The notes beneath the pieces are model-generated. The model made no database searches, was not told the origin of the DNA, and saw only the letters and a list, made by a program, of their open reading frames with translations. 64,000 bases of DNA from Burkholderiales bacterium (GTDB lineage Bacteria; Pseudomonadota; Gammaproteobacteria; Burkholderiales; Burkholderiaceae_C), in NCBI GenBank assembly GCA_021732385.1, contig JAKFVA010000009.1, positions 66,985 to 130,984 on the forward strand, in the 5' to 3' direction. Shown one piece after another: positions 1 to 8,238 of the stretch. Each line of letters begins with the position of its first letter. Position 1 is the first letter of the stretch. Position numbers and translations under genes: made by a program.

Positions 1-19
1 TACTGTTATGGAATACCCA

Positions 20-353
20 AACTGGCAGACTAAAGCTGCCAGCGGACTTGAGTGAGTTGATTGCGCCATGTTGTTGTTTTTGAACTGGATAGGCTTTTCC
101 TTGCGGAGCATCATTGCCCCGCAGGTTAACGCTTTTTCACTGTCAATCCACTCGGCGCCTGCGGTACCAGCTACTTTTTCAGTAGCATGCCAGCGTACCC
201 GCCAATTCGCCCACCTCCACGCGCCCACGCTGCCAGTACCCCGTTGACCTTGCGTCAACGCGGCTTGGCAGTTCTCCGGCAATTCCTTTCGTTTCACTGC
301 GCCAGTTTCGGCATTTTTTCGCCCTGCCCCTGGTGGCCGGGAGATGCTAGTGA
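20..353 (+). promoter_or_regulatory. Long structured non-coding leader/promoter region upstream of rne
   Basis: About 350 nt without a credible ORF precede rne. Stem-loops readable by eye: ctggcag/ctgccag (22-42), ccttgcgg/ccgcagg (99-125), gctact/agtagc nested in ggtac/gtacc (163-199), cgttgac/gtcaacg (242-260). E. coli rne is autoregulated through a structured 5' UTR, but homology cannot be judged by eye. Confidence 0.3.
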
Positions 354-371
354 ATGAAAGAGGAACGCACC

Positions 372-3300
372 ATGAAACGGATGCTAATTAACGCAACCCA
401 GGCCGAAGAACGCCGCCTGGCGATTGTGGATGGACAAAAACTGCTCGACTACGAGATCGAGATCGAAGGCCGCGAGCAGCGCAAGGGCAATATCTACAAG
501 GCGGTGGTGACCCGCGTTGAGCCGTCGCTGGAAGCCTGTTTTGTGGACTACGGCGAAGACCGCCACGGCTTTTTGCCTTTCAAGGAAATCTCCAAGCAAT
601 ACTTTGCCCAGGGCGTGTCCGTCAGCCAGGCACGCATTCAGGACGTGATTCGCGAGGGTAACGAGCTGCTGGTGCAGGTGGAAAAAGAAGAACGCGGCAA
701 CAAGGGCGCGGCACTCACCACATTTGTCTCGCTCGCGGGCCGCTACGTGGTGCTGATGCCCAACAACCCGCGCGGCGGCGGTGTGAGCCGCCGGATCGAG
801 GGCGAAGACCGGGCCGAGCTCAAAGAAAACATGGACCAGTTGGAGTACCCGCAAGGCGCCAGCATCATTGCCCGCACCGCCGGCATTGGCCGCAGCGCGC
901 CCGAGTTGCAGTGGGACTTGAACTACCTGATCAAGCTCTGGACTGCCATTGACGGCGCGTCCAAAGCCGGCAAGGGCGCTTTCCTGATTTACCAGGAATC
1001 GAGCCTAGTGATCCGCGCCATTCGCGATTACTTCTCTGCCGAAATTGGCGACATCCTGATCGACACCGACGATATCTACGAGCAGGCGCACCAGTTCATG
1101 GCGCACGTGATGCCCGAGCATGCGGCGCGCGTCAAGCGCTACCGCGACGACGCGCCGCTGTTCAGCCGCTTCCAGATCGAGCACCAGATTGCCAGCGCGT
1201 ACAGCCGCACCGTCACACTGCCCAGCGGCGGCGCGATCGTGATTGACCACACCGAGGCGCTGGTTAGCGTCGACGTCAACTCCGCCCGCGCCATCAAGGG
1301 CGGCGACATTGAGGACACCGCGACTCGCACCAACCTGGAAGCCGCTGACGAAGTGGCACGCCAGATGCGCCTGCGCGATTTGGGCGGCCTGATCGTGATC
1401 GACTTCATCGACATGGAAGAGTCGCGCAACCGCCGCGACGTGGAAAACCGCCTGCGCGATGCATTGCGCCAGGACCGCGCCCGTGTGCAATTTGGCACTA
1501 TCAGCAAATTTGGCTTGATGGAAATGAGCCGCCAGCGGCTGCGCCCCGCGCTGTCAGAAGGCGCGTCCATCCCCTGCCCGCGCTGCGGCGGTTCGGGCCA
1601 TATCCGCGACACCGAATCGAGCGCGCTGGAGATTTTGCGCATCATCCAGGAAGAGTCGATGAAGGACAACACCGCCGCCCTGCACTGCCAGGTACCGGTC
1701 GATGTAGCGAGCTTTTTGCTCAACGAAAAGCGCACCGAGATAACCAAGATCGAACTCAAGCAGCGCATGACCGTGCTGATGATTCCCAGCAAGATACTCG
1801 AGACGCCCAACTACAAGCTCGAGCGTCTGAAGCACGACGATCCGCGCCTGGACAACGTGGGTGTCAGCTACAAAATGGCCGACGAGCCCGAAGACACCGA
1901 GGTCGTTACGCGCCGCTCGCAAGAACCCACTAACAAGCAAACGCCCATCATCAAGGGTGTGCTGCCCGACGCGCCCGCGCCGATGCCGCTGGTAGCGCCT
2001 GTATTGCCTGGCAAACCCGAGCCGGCGCGCAACGCCATGCCCGCGGCACGGCCACGCGATGCGGCGCCCCTGGTGAAACCGGCTGTTGCCGCCGAGACCG
2101 GTTTTTTTGCCTGGATCAAAAACCTGTTTGGTGGCAAAGAAGACGCCGCCCCAGCCCGCCCCGCTGCCAGCGCAGCCACGCCGGCACGTGCCGATGGCCG
2201 CCTGGCACCACGTGGCGGCGAGCGCGATGGCCCGCGTGAGGGCAATCGCAACGGCGATGGCCGCGATGGCGGGCGTGACGGTGGCCGTGGTAACCGTGGT
2301 GGCCGTGGTGGCCGTGGCCGCAATGGCGAGGCCCGTGGTGGCGAAGGCCGTCGCGACGAAGGCCGGGGCGAAGTTCGCGCCGAAGGTCGTGACGAGCCAC
2401 GCAACGAGATGCGCAACGAAGGCGGCCGTGAGCCTGCGCGCGAACCCGCCCGCGATGGCGAGTCGCGTGAAAACACGGGCCGTGGCCGCCGTGGCGAGCC
2501 CCGTCAGGGCCGCCGTGATGGCACTGGCGATACCGAGCAAAAACCGGCAACGGGGCTGGCACCCGACGCACCCAGCACCGACGCGCCATCCGCAGAGCGC
2601 GGCGAGGCCCGCGGTGGCCGCGGCGAGCGCGCTGAAGGTCGGCGCGAGCGCAGTGGACGCGGGGAGCGCGGTTCAGAGCGCACAGGTGAGCGCGTCAACG
2701 AGCGTATAAACGAGCGCCCACCGCGCAGTGCCGAGGCCGAGGCTGGCACAGACACGCCCGCACCACGCAGTTATTTCAGCACGCCAGGGCAGATTGACAA
2801 TGCGCAAGCAAGCGACATGGCAATAGACGCCCGCCCCGCGGATGAAAGCGGCGACAACGCCCCGCGCAGCAATGCTGGCGGTAGAGGCCGTGGCCGCGGT
2901 CGTGACCGTGACCGTGACCGTGACGACCAGCGCAACCCGGCTGGCGGCAGCGAGCGCAGCCCCGACAACCAACCCGCAGCGCAGCAATCGGCGATGTTTG
3001 AGCCTGCCCAAGAGCCTGTCGAATTTGTGAGCCGCCTGGGCAATGCGCCAGCGCACCCCTCAAACGTCCCTGTGCAGCCCTCAGCAGAAGCTAACGCTTT
3101 GGTGGCACCCATTGTTGCGCCAATAGTCAGCGCGCCAACGCCATCCATGGCGGTGCTTCAAGCGCCAGTGGCTGTCATTGCAATGCCTGCCGTTGCAGCC
3201 CCTGTAGCGCCGTCGGTGGTATTGCCAATTGCCTTGCCCGTAGCCGATTTGGCGGCCCTGGCGGCCAGTGCCGGTTTGCAGTGGGTACAGTCTGACACGC

Positions 3301-3494
3301 AAAAAGTAGCCAGTGTGCAAGCCGCCATTGCGGCCGAGGCGTTGGCCCCACGCGTGCCGCGCGAGCGCCCTGCTTCAGTGGTGTCAAACGAGGGGCCGCT
3401 GGTTCTGGTGGAAACCCGGCGCGACCTGCGCGAACTCAAGCTGCCGTTTGATGCAGCCGCTGACGCAAACAACGCCGCCAGCAACGCCAGCTGA
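372..3494 (+). CDS. rne: Ribonuclease E
   Basis: The ORF is 354-3494. The ATG at 372 (MKRMLINATQAEE) follows an agagga SD. It has an S1 domain (GNIYKAVVTRVEPSLEACFVDYG), an RNase E/G catalytic core (DVNSARA, LGGLIVIDFIDM) and a Zn-link (CPRCGGSGH). The remaining ~550 aa form an Arg/Gly/Glu/Pro-rich scaffold tail. Confidence 0.95.
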   Translation: MKRMLINATQAEERRLAIVDGQKLLDYEIEIEGREQRKGNIYKAVVTRVEPSLEACFVDYGEDRHGFLPFKEISKQYFAQGVSVSQARIQDVIREGNELLVQVEKEERGNKGAALTTFVSLAGRYVVLMPNNPRGGGVSRRIEGEDRAELKENMDQLEYPQGASIIARTAGIGRSAPELQWDLNYLIKLWTAIDGASKAGKGAFLIYQESSLVIRAIRDYFSAEIGDILIDTDDIYEQAHQFMAHVMPEHAARVKRYRDDAPLFSRFQIEHQIASAYSRTVTLPSGGAIVIDHTEALVSVDVNSARAIKGGDIEDTATRTNLEAADEVARQMRLRDLGGLIVIDFIDMEESRNRRDVENRLRDALRQDRARVQFGTISKFGLMEMSRQRLRPALSEGASIPCPRCGGSGHIRDTESSALEILRIIQEESMKDNTAALHCQVPVDVASFLLNEKRTEITKIELKQRMTVLMIPSKILETPNYKLERLKHDDPRLDNVGVSYKMADEPEDTEVVTRRSQEPTNKQTPIIKGVLPDAPAPMPLVAPVLPGKPEPARNAMPAARPRDAAPLVKPAVAAETGFFAWIKNLFGGKEDAAPARPAASAATPARADGRLAPRGGERDGPREGNRNGDGRDGGRDGGRGNRGGRGGRGRNGEARGGEGRRDEGRGEVRAEGRDEPRNEMRNEGGREPAREPARDGESRENTGRGRRGEPRQGRRDGTGDTEQKPATGLAPDAPSTDAPSAERGEARGGRGERAEGRRERSGRGERGSERTGERVNERINERPPRSAEAEAGTDTPAPRSYFSTPGQIDNAQASDMAIDARPADESGDNAPRSNAGGRGRGRGRDRDRDRDDQRNPAGGSERSPDNQPAAQQSAMFEPAQEPVEFVSRLGNAPAHPSNVPVQPSAEANALVAPIVAPIVSAPTPSMAVLQAPVAVIAMPAVAAPVAPSVVLPIALPVADLAALAASAGLQWVQSDTQKVASVQAAIAAEALAPRVPRERPASVVSNEGPLVLVETRRDLRELKLPFDAAADANNAASNAS
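2901..2924 (+). repeat. Hexanucleotide tandem repeat (cgtgac)x4 inside the rne scaffold region, encoding RDRDRDRD
   Basis: Four perfect consecutive cgtgac units are read directly at 2901-2924. RGG-type imperfect repeats (ggtggccgtggt...) lie nearby at about 2281-2320. Confidence 0.9.
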
Positions 3495-4772
3495 TCAAAG
3501 CTGCGCGGAGCGGCGGTAGCAGTCGGCGGCCATGGCAGCGTCATCGCGCTGCTCGGCTAGCTCGCCTAGCGCCCGCCATGCCATGCGCAGCAAGCCCACG
3601 TCTTGCAGGCCTTGTGTGGCCTGCACTAGCAACTGCTGGGCCTTGCCCCAAAGCTGCCGGTGCTTGAACGCCATGCCGGCAAGGTAGTGCAGGTTGGCGT
3701 CACGCGGGTTGCTTTTTTGCGCGGCCTCTATGCGCGCCAGCCACGGGCCGTCGAGCGAATCCAGGTCGTTTTGCAGCAGGCGCACCAGCCGCAGGCGCTG
3801 CTGGTCGGTCAGGGTAGAGGGACGCGCCAGTGAACTCTCCCAGGCCGGCATCAGCCAAGTGCGCACTTGCTGTGCATCACCTTGCAAGGCCTGCAGGCGC
3901 TCGGCGGCGGCAATCACCAACACAGGCATGGCGCGCTCGGGCGGTGTCAGCATCTGCCAGGCGTGCTGAAGCTGGGCGAGGTCGTGCGCGCTGTGCAGCA
4001 GCTCGCTGGCCAGACTGCGCACAATGCCTTGCGCTGCGGCTTGTGAAAAAGCCCGGTGCCGGGCCAGCACGCGGGCGGTGTCCAGGGCCAGCTCGGTCTG
4101 GCGCGCCTGGCGCGCGGCTTTGAGTTTGAGGCGCAGTGCCAGCGTGCGCCGCGCCGCGCCGGTAGGCAGGGTGTCCAGCAAAGCCAGCGCAGCTTGCGGG
4201 TCCTGGTCTTCCAGCGCCCAGCGCGCAGCCCGCAATTGCGTGCCCTCTTGAGTTTCAGGCGAGTGCCTGAGCAATTGGCGCTGCGCCGTGGCGTCCTGTG
4301 CCATGGCCAGATGCGTCTGGCGTGCTTCAGGGTCTTGCAGCGACTGCGCGGCCTCAGCCACGAGTACATGTGCCAGTGCGCGCAATTGCAAGGCGTTATC
4401 AGGCGATTGCGCACTGGCAGCGAGCGCTTTCTCCTGGGCAATGGCCTGCAGAGCACTGGTGCGGGCACGGATAAAACGCCCCGCCAGCAGTTGCGACAAG
4501 GCATCCAGCAGTGCGCCGTACATGGCGCGCTCTTTTTGCTGCACGCGCCATTGCTGGGCCTGGCGTGGCAAGTCAAACAGCAACGCCAGGGCGCGCAGTG
4601 CCACATACACGCTGACAAACAGCAGCCCCAGCCCAAGCAGCACCAGATTGAGCGACAGATCGATGCGCCAGGGCGGCCAAAACAGCGTGACAGTGCCGGG
4701 GTTGTCACCTACAAACAGCGCCAGCGCCACCGCAGTGACAAACAACGCCAACAGCCAGAGTGCGACGCGCAT
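3495..4772 (-). CDS. hemY: HemY-like heme-biosynthesis-associated membrane/TPR protein
   Basis: 425-aa ORF with two N-terminal TM segments (MRVALWLLALFVTAVALALFV; LVLLGLGLLFVSVYVAL) and an Ala/Leu/Gln-rich helical repeat body. It is the last gene of the hemC-D-X-Y order. Its ATG shares one nt with the hemX stop (TGATG). Confidence 0.8.
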   Translation of the reverse strand: MRVALWLLALFVTAVALALFVGDNPGTVTLFWPPWRIDLSLNLVLLGLGLLFVSVYVALRALALLFDLPRQAQQWRVQQKERAMYGALLDALSQLLAGRFIRARTSALQAIAQEKALAASAQSPDNALQLRALAHVLVAEAAQSLQDPEARQTHLAMAQDATAQRQLLRHSPETQEGTQLRAARWALEDQDPQAALALLDTLPTGAARRTLALRLKLKAARQARQTELALDTARVLARHRAFSQAAAQGIVRSLASELLHSAHDLAQLQHAWQMLTPPERAMPVLVIAAAERLQALQGDAQQVRTWLMPAWESSLARPSTLTDQQRLRLVRLLQNDLDSLDGPWLARIEAAQKSNPRDANLHYLAGMAFKHRQLWGKAQQLLVQATQGLQDVGLLRMAWRALGELAEQRDDAAMAADCYRRSAQL

Positions 4773-5881
4773 CAGCGTCCCGCAGCGGCTGTGGTCAGCG
4801 CTGAAAGCGTAGCGTCAAGGCGCGGCAGCTCGGTGTTTTTAAGCTGGGCTTGGACCTGCTCAAGCAAGGCGGCACTGACTTGGGTTTTACGCGATTGGGG
4901 GTCAAAATACTTGCCCAGCGCGGTGCTTGCAGCCGTCAAGTCAGCGCGGGTAGAGTCGGTTTGGCGAGCTAGCAAGCCAAGACGCGCATTGAGCAGCTTG
5001 AGCTTGAGGTTTTCACGCAGAAAAAACGACTGCTCTGGCGTCAGCAACACCGCCTCAGGCTGGTCAATGCGGCTGACCCGAACCAGCGCGCGCGCTTCTT
5101 CGCGCAGCAACTCCAGCCCCTTGAACCAGCTTGGCAAGGCGGTGCTGGCCGCTAACTGTCCAGCTGATGCAGCGCGGCCGTCTTTGGCATCGGTTAGCGC
5201 TTTACCCGGCTTGGTTGGCAAGGCGTTGGCCAGCGGCAGTTCATCAATCTGGCGCACCAATTCATCGAGTTTTAGCAGCAGGCCCGGCGTGTCAGCGAGG
5301 TTGGTGGACTTGATGCGGTCCACGTCCTTGGCAATGGCGCGCTGCAAGGGTGCCAGACGCGGCTGCGCTGCACGCTGGATGCGCTGCTCGGCACTTTTAA
5401 GCGCGGCCAGCAAGGGCTCCACGCTGCCGGTAAGCTGCGCTTGCTGCTGGGCCAAGCGCAAGGCCGATTCAATATCGACCACCAGAGTTTCATCGCGCGA
5501 GCGCGACAGGCTCTGCATCAGTTCTTCCAGCTGGGTGCGCTGCAAACTGACTTCGCCCACCTTTAGCTCGGTAACGGCCAGACGCGCCGCCGTGTCCTGC
5601 GACTGCTCTTGCGCCTGTTTGGCCAGGGCGCGCGCCTCAACAGCGCGAGCGGCGTTGTCGGCCACCTGGCGTGCTACCTGCTCTTGAATGGCCGACAGGC
5701 GCTGCCACAGTAAGGCCGTGGACAGCAAGCCCAGCAGCGCGAGCGCGGCAACCACGGGCAGCAAGCGGCTGCGCCAGGTGCGCAATGCAGGCGCAGCGGC
5801 GGCGGGCGGCGCGGCGGCTGCGAGGGGAGACGACAGCGCAGGCTCGGCGGTGGCTGGGGGAAGTGGTGGCATGGGCTGCAT
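4772..5881 (-). CDS. hemX: HemX-like protein (annotated in databases as uroporphyrinogen-III C-methyltransferase HemX)
   Basis: 369-aa ORF with a Pro/Ala-rich N-terminus, a single TM (LLPVVAALALLGLLSTALLW) and a long coiled-coil-like Gln/Ala/Leu region. It sits between hemD and hemY. Confidence 0.8.
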   Translation of the reverse strand: MQPMPPLPPATAEPALSSPLAAAAPPAAAAPALRTWRSRLLPVVAALALLGLLSTALLWQRLSAIQEQVARQVADNAARAVEARALAKQAQEQSQDTAARLAVTELKVGEVSLQRTQLEELMQSLSRSRDETLVVDIESALRLAQQQAQLTGSVEPLLAALKSAEQRIQRAAQPRLAPLQRAIAKDVDRIKSTNLADTPGLLLKLDELVRQIDELPLANALPTKPGKALTDAKDGRAASAGQLAASTALPSWFKGLELLREEARALVRVSRIDQPEAVLLTPEQSFFLRENLKLKLLNARLGLLARQTDSTRADLTAASTALGKYFDPQSRKTQVSAALLEQVQAQLKNTELPRLDATLSALTTAAAGR

Positions 5882-5970
5882 CAGGCTGCTAGTCTAACGT
5901 TGCGGCCCGCCAGCCTTTGGATTGCAGCCAAGCGCAGCTTGATGCGCTGAAGTAAGCGCTTGACGCTATA

Positions 5971-6207
5971 AAAGGCATAGTAAAAAAACATAGCGTTACC
6001 CGCACGTAAACAAAAGGCGTAACGTTATTTTGATGCTTGAAATTAACCGATTTCTCTGTATTTTTGCCTACTGGCGGCTGTTTGGACCCGCCTGAGGAGG
6101 CGTTGGGGGTTGATTTTTACGTTTTAGAGGCTATTTTTACCATAAGAATCGGCATTAAAGCCAATATCGATTAGCGGGTAGCGCTATGCTTTTTTACTAT
6201 ACTTTTT
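5971..6207. mobile_element. MITE-like element, copy A (inverted relative to copy B)
   Basis: The left end atagtaaaaaaacatagcgttacccgc (5977-6003) matches the reverse complement of the right end gcgggtagcgctatgcttttttactat (6174-6200) with 2 mismatches. The interior is AT-rich and non-coding. In reverse complement it aligns with the interior of copy B (attggctttaatgcc..ggtaaaaatagcctctaaaacgtaaaaatc vs attggcttaaagcac..cctgaaaaatgccctaaaagtctaaaaaatc). Confidence 0.7.
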
Positions 6208-6279
6208 GAAGCAAATTACGCCCGTTTGCCGCGCCCCAAGGCCCACAGAGCGGCACATAGCCGCCACCTGGCTGGCTTT

Positions 6280-7158
6280 TCACGCGCGTGGCTGGGCTTC
6301 ACAACCTGGCATGCCGTGGAAGGCGTTGACCTGGGCCACCACATCGGCCAGCAGCGGGCGGGCTACGCGCACCTGGGCAAAACCCAGCGCGTGCGCGGCC
6401 TGGGCAATGCGCTCATGGGTGGCCACTGCCAGCGCCTGCTGCCAGCTTTGCTGCGGCAGCAAGTGGGCCAGGTGGGCAGTGGCCTCGGAACTGCTGAGCA
6501 GCCAGACCGAGCCGTCGCTGGCGGCGGCTTGCGCCAGCGCGCACTGCGCAGCGCTCCACAACGGCGCGCTGCGCTGGTAGGCCGCCACTTGCGTTACCAG
6601 GCCACCAGCAGCGGTCACCTGCTGTGCCAGCCAGTTGCGCCCGGCCAAGGGGCTGGCGTCATCGGCACCACCCACAACACCACGCACAATTAAAAACTGC
6701 TGGCCCGCCTGCACGCCCGCGCCAACTTGTTGCCACAGCGCTTCGGAGTCAAATTGCGCGGCCTGCAGGTCAGGTGCGCGGATTTGGCTTGCTGGCACGC
6801 CCGCTTGCAGCAAGGCGGCGCGGCTGCCGGGGCCGGTCACCCAGGCTTGCGGGTTGAAGTGGGCGGCAGCAGGTTGATCCGCAGTTTGTGCGGCAAAAAA
6901 ATGGGCTACCGCCGAAGCGCTGACAAACATTACCGCCTGGTAGCGTGGCAGCGCCTGCCAGGCCTGGACCAGGCCATGCGTATCGGCCAGCGGCGCAATG
7001 GCCAGCAGCGGCAGCGCCACCGCGTCCAGGCCACGGGCTTGCAAGCTGTGCAACCACGAATCGCTGGCGGCGCTCAAGGCCCCTGTAGCACTTGCAGCGC
7101 TGGCAGTATTCACCAGCAGCGGACGGGTAACGATAACGCGGCGCATGGCAGACGGCAT
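6280..7158 (-). CDS. hemD: Uroporphyrinogen-III synthase
   Basis: 292-aa ORF directly downstream of hemC, with an N-terminus MRRVIVTRP typical of HemD. An alternative ATG lies at 7146. The fold is alpha/beta and Ala-rich. The call rests on position in the hem operon. Confidence 0.8.
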   Translation of the reverse strand: MPSAMRRVIVTRPLLVNTASAASATGALSAASDSWLHSLQARGLDAVALPLLAIAPLADTHGLVQAWQALPRYQAVMFVSASAVAHFFAAQTADQPAAAHFNPQAWVTGPGSRAALLQAGVPASQIRAPDLQAAQFDSEALWQQVGAGVQAGQQFLIVRGVVGGADDASPLAGRNWLAQQVTAAGGLVTQVAAYQRSAPLWSAAQCALAQAAASDGSVWLLSSSEATAHLAHLLPQQSWQQALAVATHERIAQAAHALGFAQVRVARPLLADVVAQVNAFHGMPGCEAQPRA

Positions 7159-7164
7159 TGCGGG

Positions 7165-8151
7165 TTAGTGTGCGCCGCCAGCTTGCAATTGGGCCGCCAC
7201 TTGTTGCCCCAGCGCCTCGGCCTGATGGCGGCTGATACCTGCCAGACCAGCCGGGCTTTGCAAGCTGGCCGCAGCATGCAGCAGCGGCGCAGTGTCCTGC
7301 GGATTGCCCCAGCAGGCTTGCAGTTGCAATTGCGTGGGCTGACCCGGCGCAGCCAGCAGCTTGGCATGCGCCGCCAGCGGCATGGAGCAACTGCCGCCCA
7401 TGGCACGGCTTACCGCACGCTCGGCGGCTACGCACAGCCAGGTTTCAGCGTGCGCCAGCGGGGCCAGTAGCGCGGCAACATCGGGCATGCCCGGATGACG
7501 GTCCGCGCGTATTTCAATGCCCAAAGCGCCCTGCCCGGCGGCGGGCAGCATCTCGTGCGGCTCAAAGGTGTGGCGGATGCGCGCCGCCAGCCCCAGGCGA
7601 ATCAGCCCGGCGGCGGCCAGCACGATGGCGGCGTAGTGGCCTTCGTCCAACTTGCGCAGGCGTGTGTCGAGATTGCCGCGCAGCGGCGCAATCTGCACAT
7701 CGCTGCGGCCCAGCTTGGCCAGAGCGTCACGCAGCAGCACCACGCGGCGCAGGCTGGACGTGCCCACCACCGCGCCGGGCGGCAAGTCAACCAGGCCTGG
7801 GTAGTTGGGCGACACCCAGGCATCGCGCGGGTCCTCGCGCGCCATTACGCAGGCCAGCGCAAAGCCGGGCGGCAAATCCATCGGCACGTCTTTGAGCGAG
7901 TGCACTGCCAAATCGGCGCGGCCTTCTTCAAGCGCTACTTCAAGCTCTTTGATGAACAAGCCCTTGCCGCCAATTTTGGACAGCGGCTGATCCAGGATTT
8001 GGTCGCCCTGCGTCGTCATGCCCAGCAGTGTGACGCGGTGGCCGTGCTGCTCCAGCAGGGCTTTGACGTGATCAGCCTGCCAGAGGGCGAGGCGGGACTC
8101 GCGGGTGGCGATGGTGAGATGGCGCGGCGCGGGGGTTTGAGTCAGGGGCAT
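7165..8151 (-). CDS. hemC: Hydroxymethylbilane synthase (porphobilinogen deaminase)
   Basis: [42 protein letters not shown] and GTSSLRR match the HemC signature. The ATG at 8151 was chosen. The ORF track extends to a TTG at 8175. Confidence 0.92.
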   Translation of the reverse strand: MPLTQTPAPRHLTIATRESRLALWQADHVKALLEQHGHRVTLLGMTTQGDQILDQPLSKIGGKGLFIKELEVALEEGRADLAVHSLKDVPMDLPPGFALACVMAREDPRDAWVSPNYPGLVDLPPGAVVGTSSLRRVVLLRDALAKLGRSDVQIAPLRGNLDTRLRKLDEGHYAAIVLAAAGLIRLGLAARIRHTFEPHEMLPAAGQGALGIEIRADRHPGMPDVAALLAPLAHAETWLCVAAERAVSRAMGGSCSMPLAAHAKLLAAPGQPTQLQLQACWGNPQDTAPLLHAAASLQSPAGLAGISRHQAEALGQQVAAQLQAGGAH

Positions 8152-8238
8152 GGCATCGGTGAAAAGCTGTTTCAACCGCTATTGTGGTGGCAAGTGCTGA
8201 CGGTATTTTCGCTGCTGGCCGCGTAAGATAGATTCGCC

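Noticed and set aside
1-70. Possible start of a divergent minus-strand gene (ATG complement at 66-68)
   Set aside because: Only about 22 codons would be visible, there is no SD, and the translation (MAQSTHSSPLAALVCQFGYSITV) matches nothing I recognise.
4056-5687. 543-aa ORF antisense to hemX/hemY
   Set aside because: It has Arg/Ser/Ala-rich low-complexity translation and spans two well-supported genes on the other strand. This is a typical high-GC open antisense frame.
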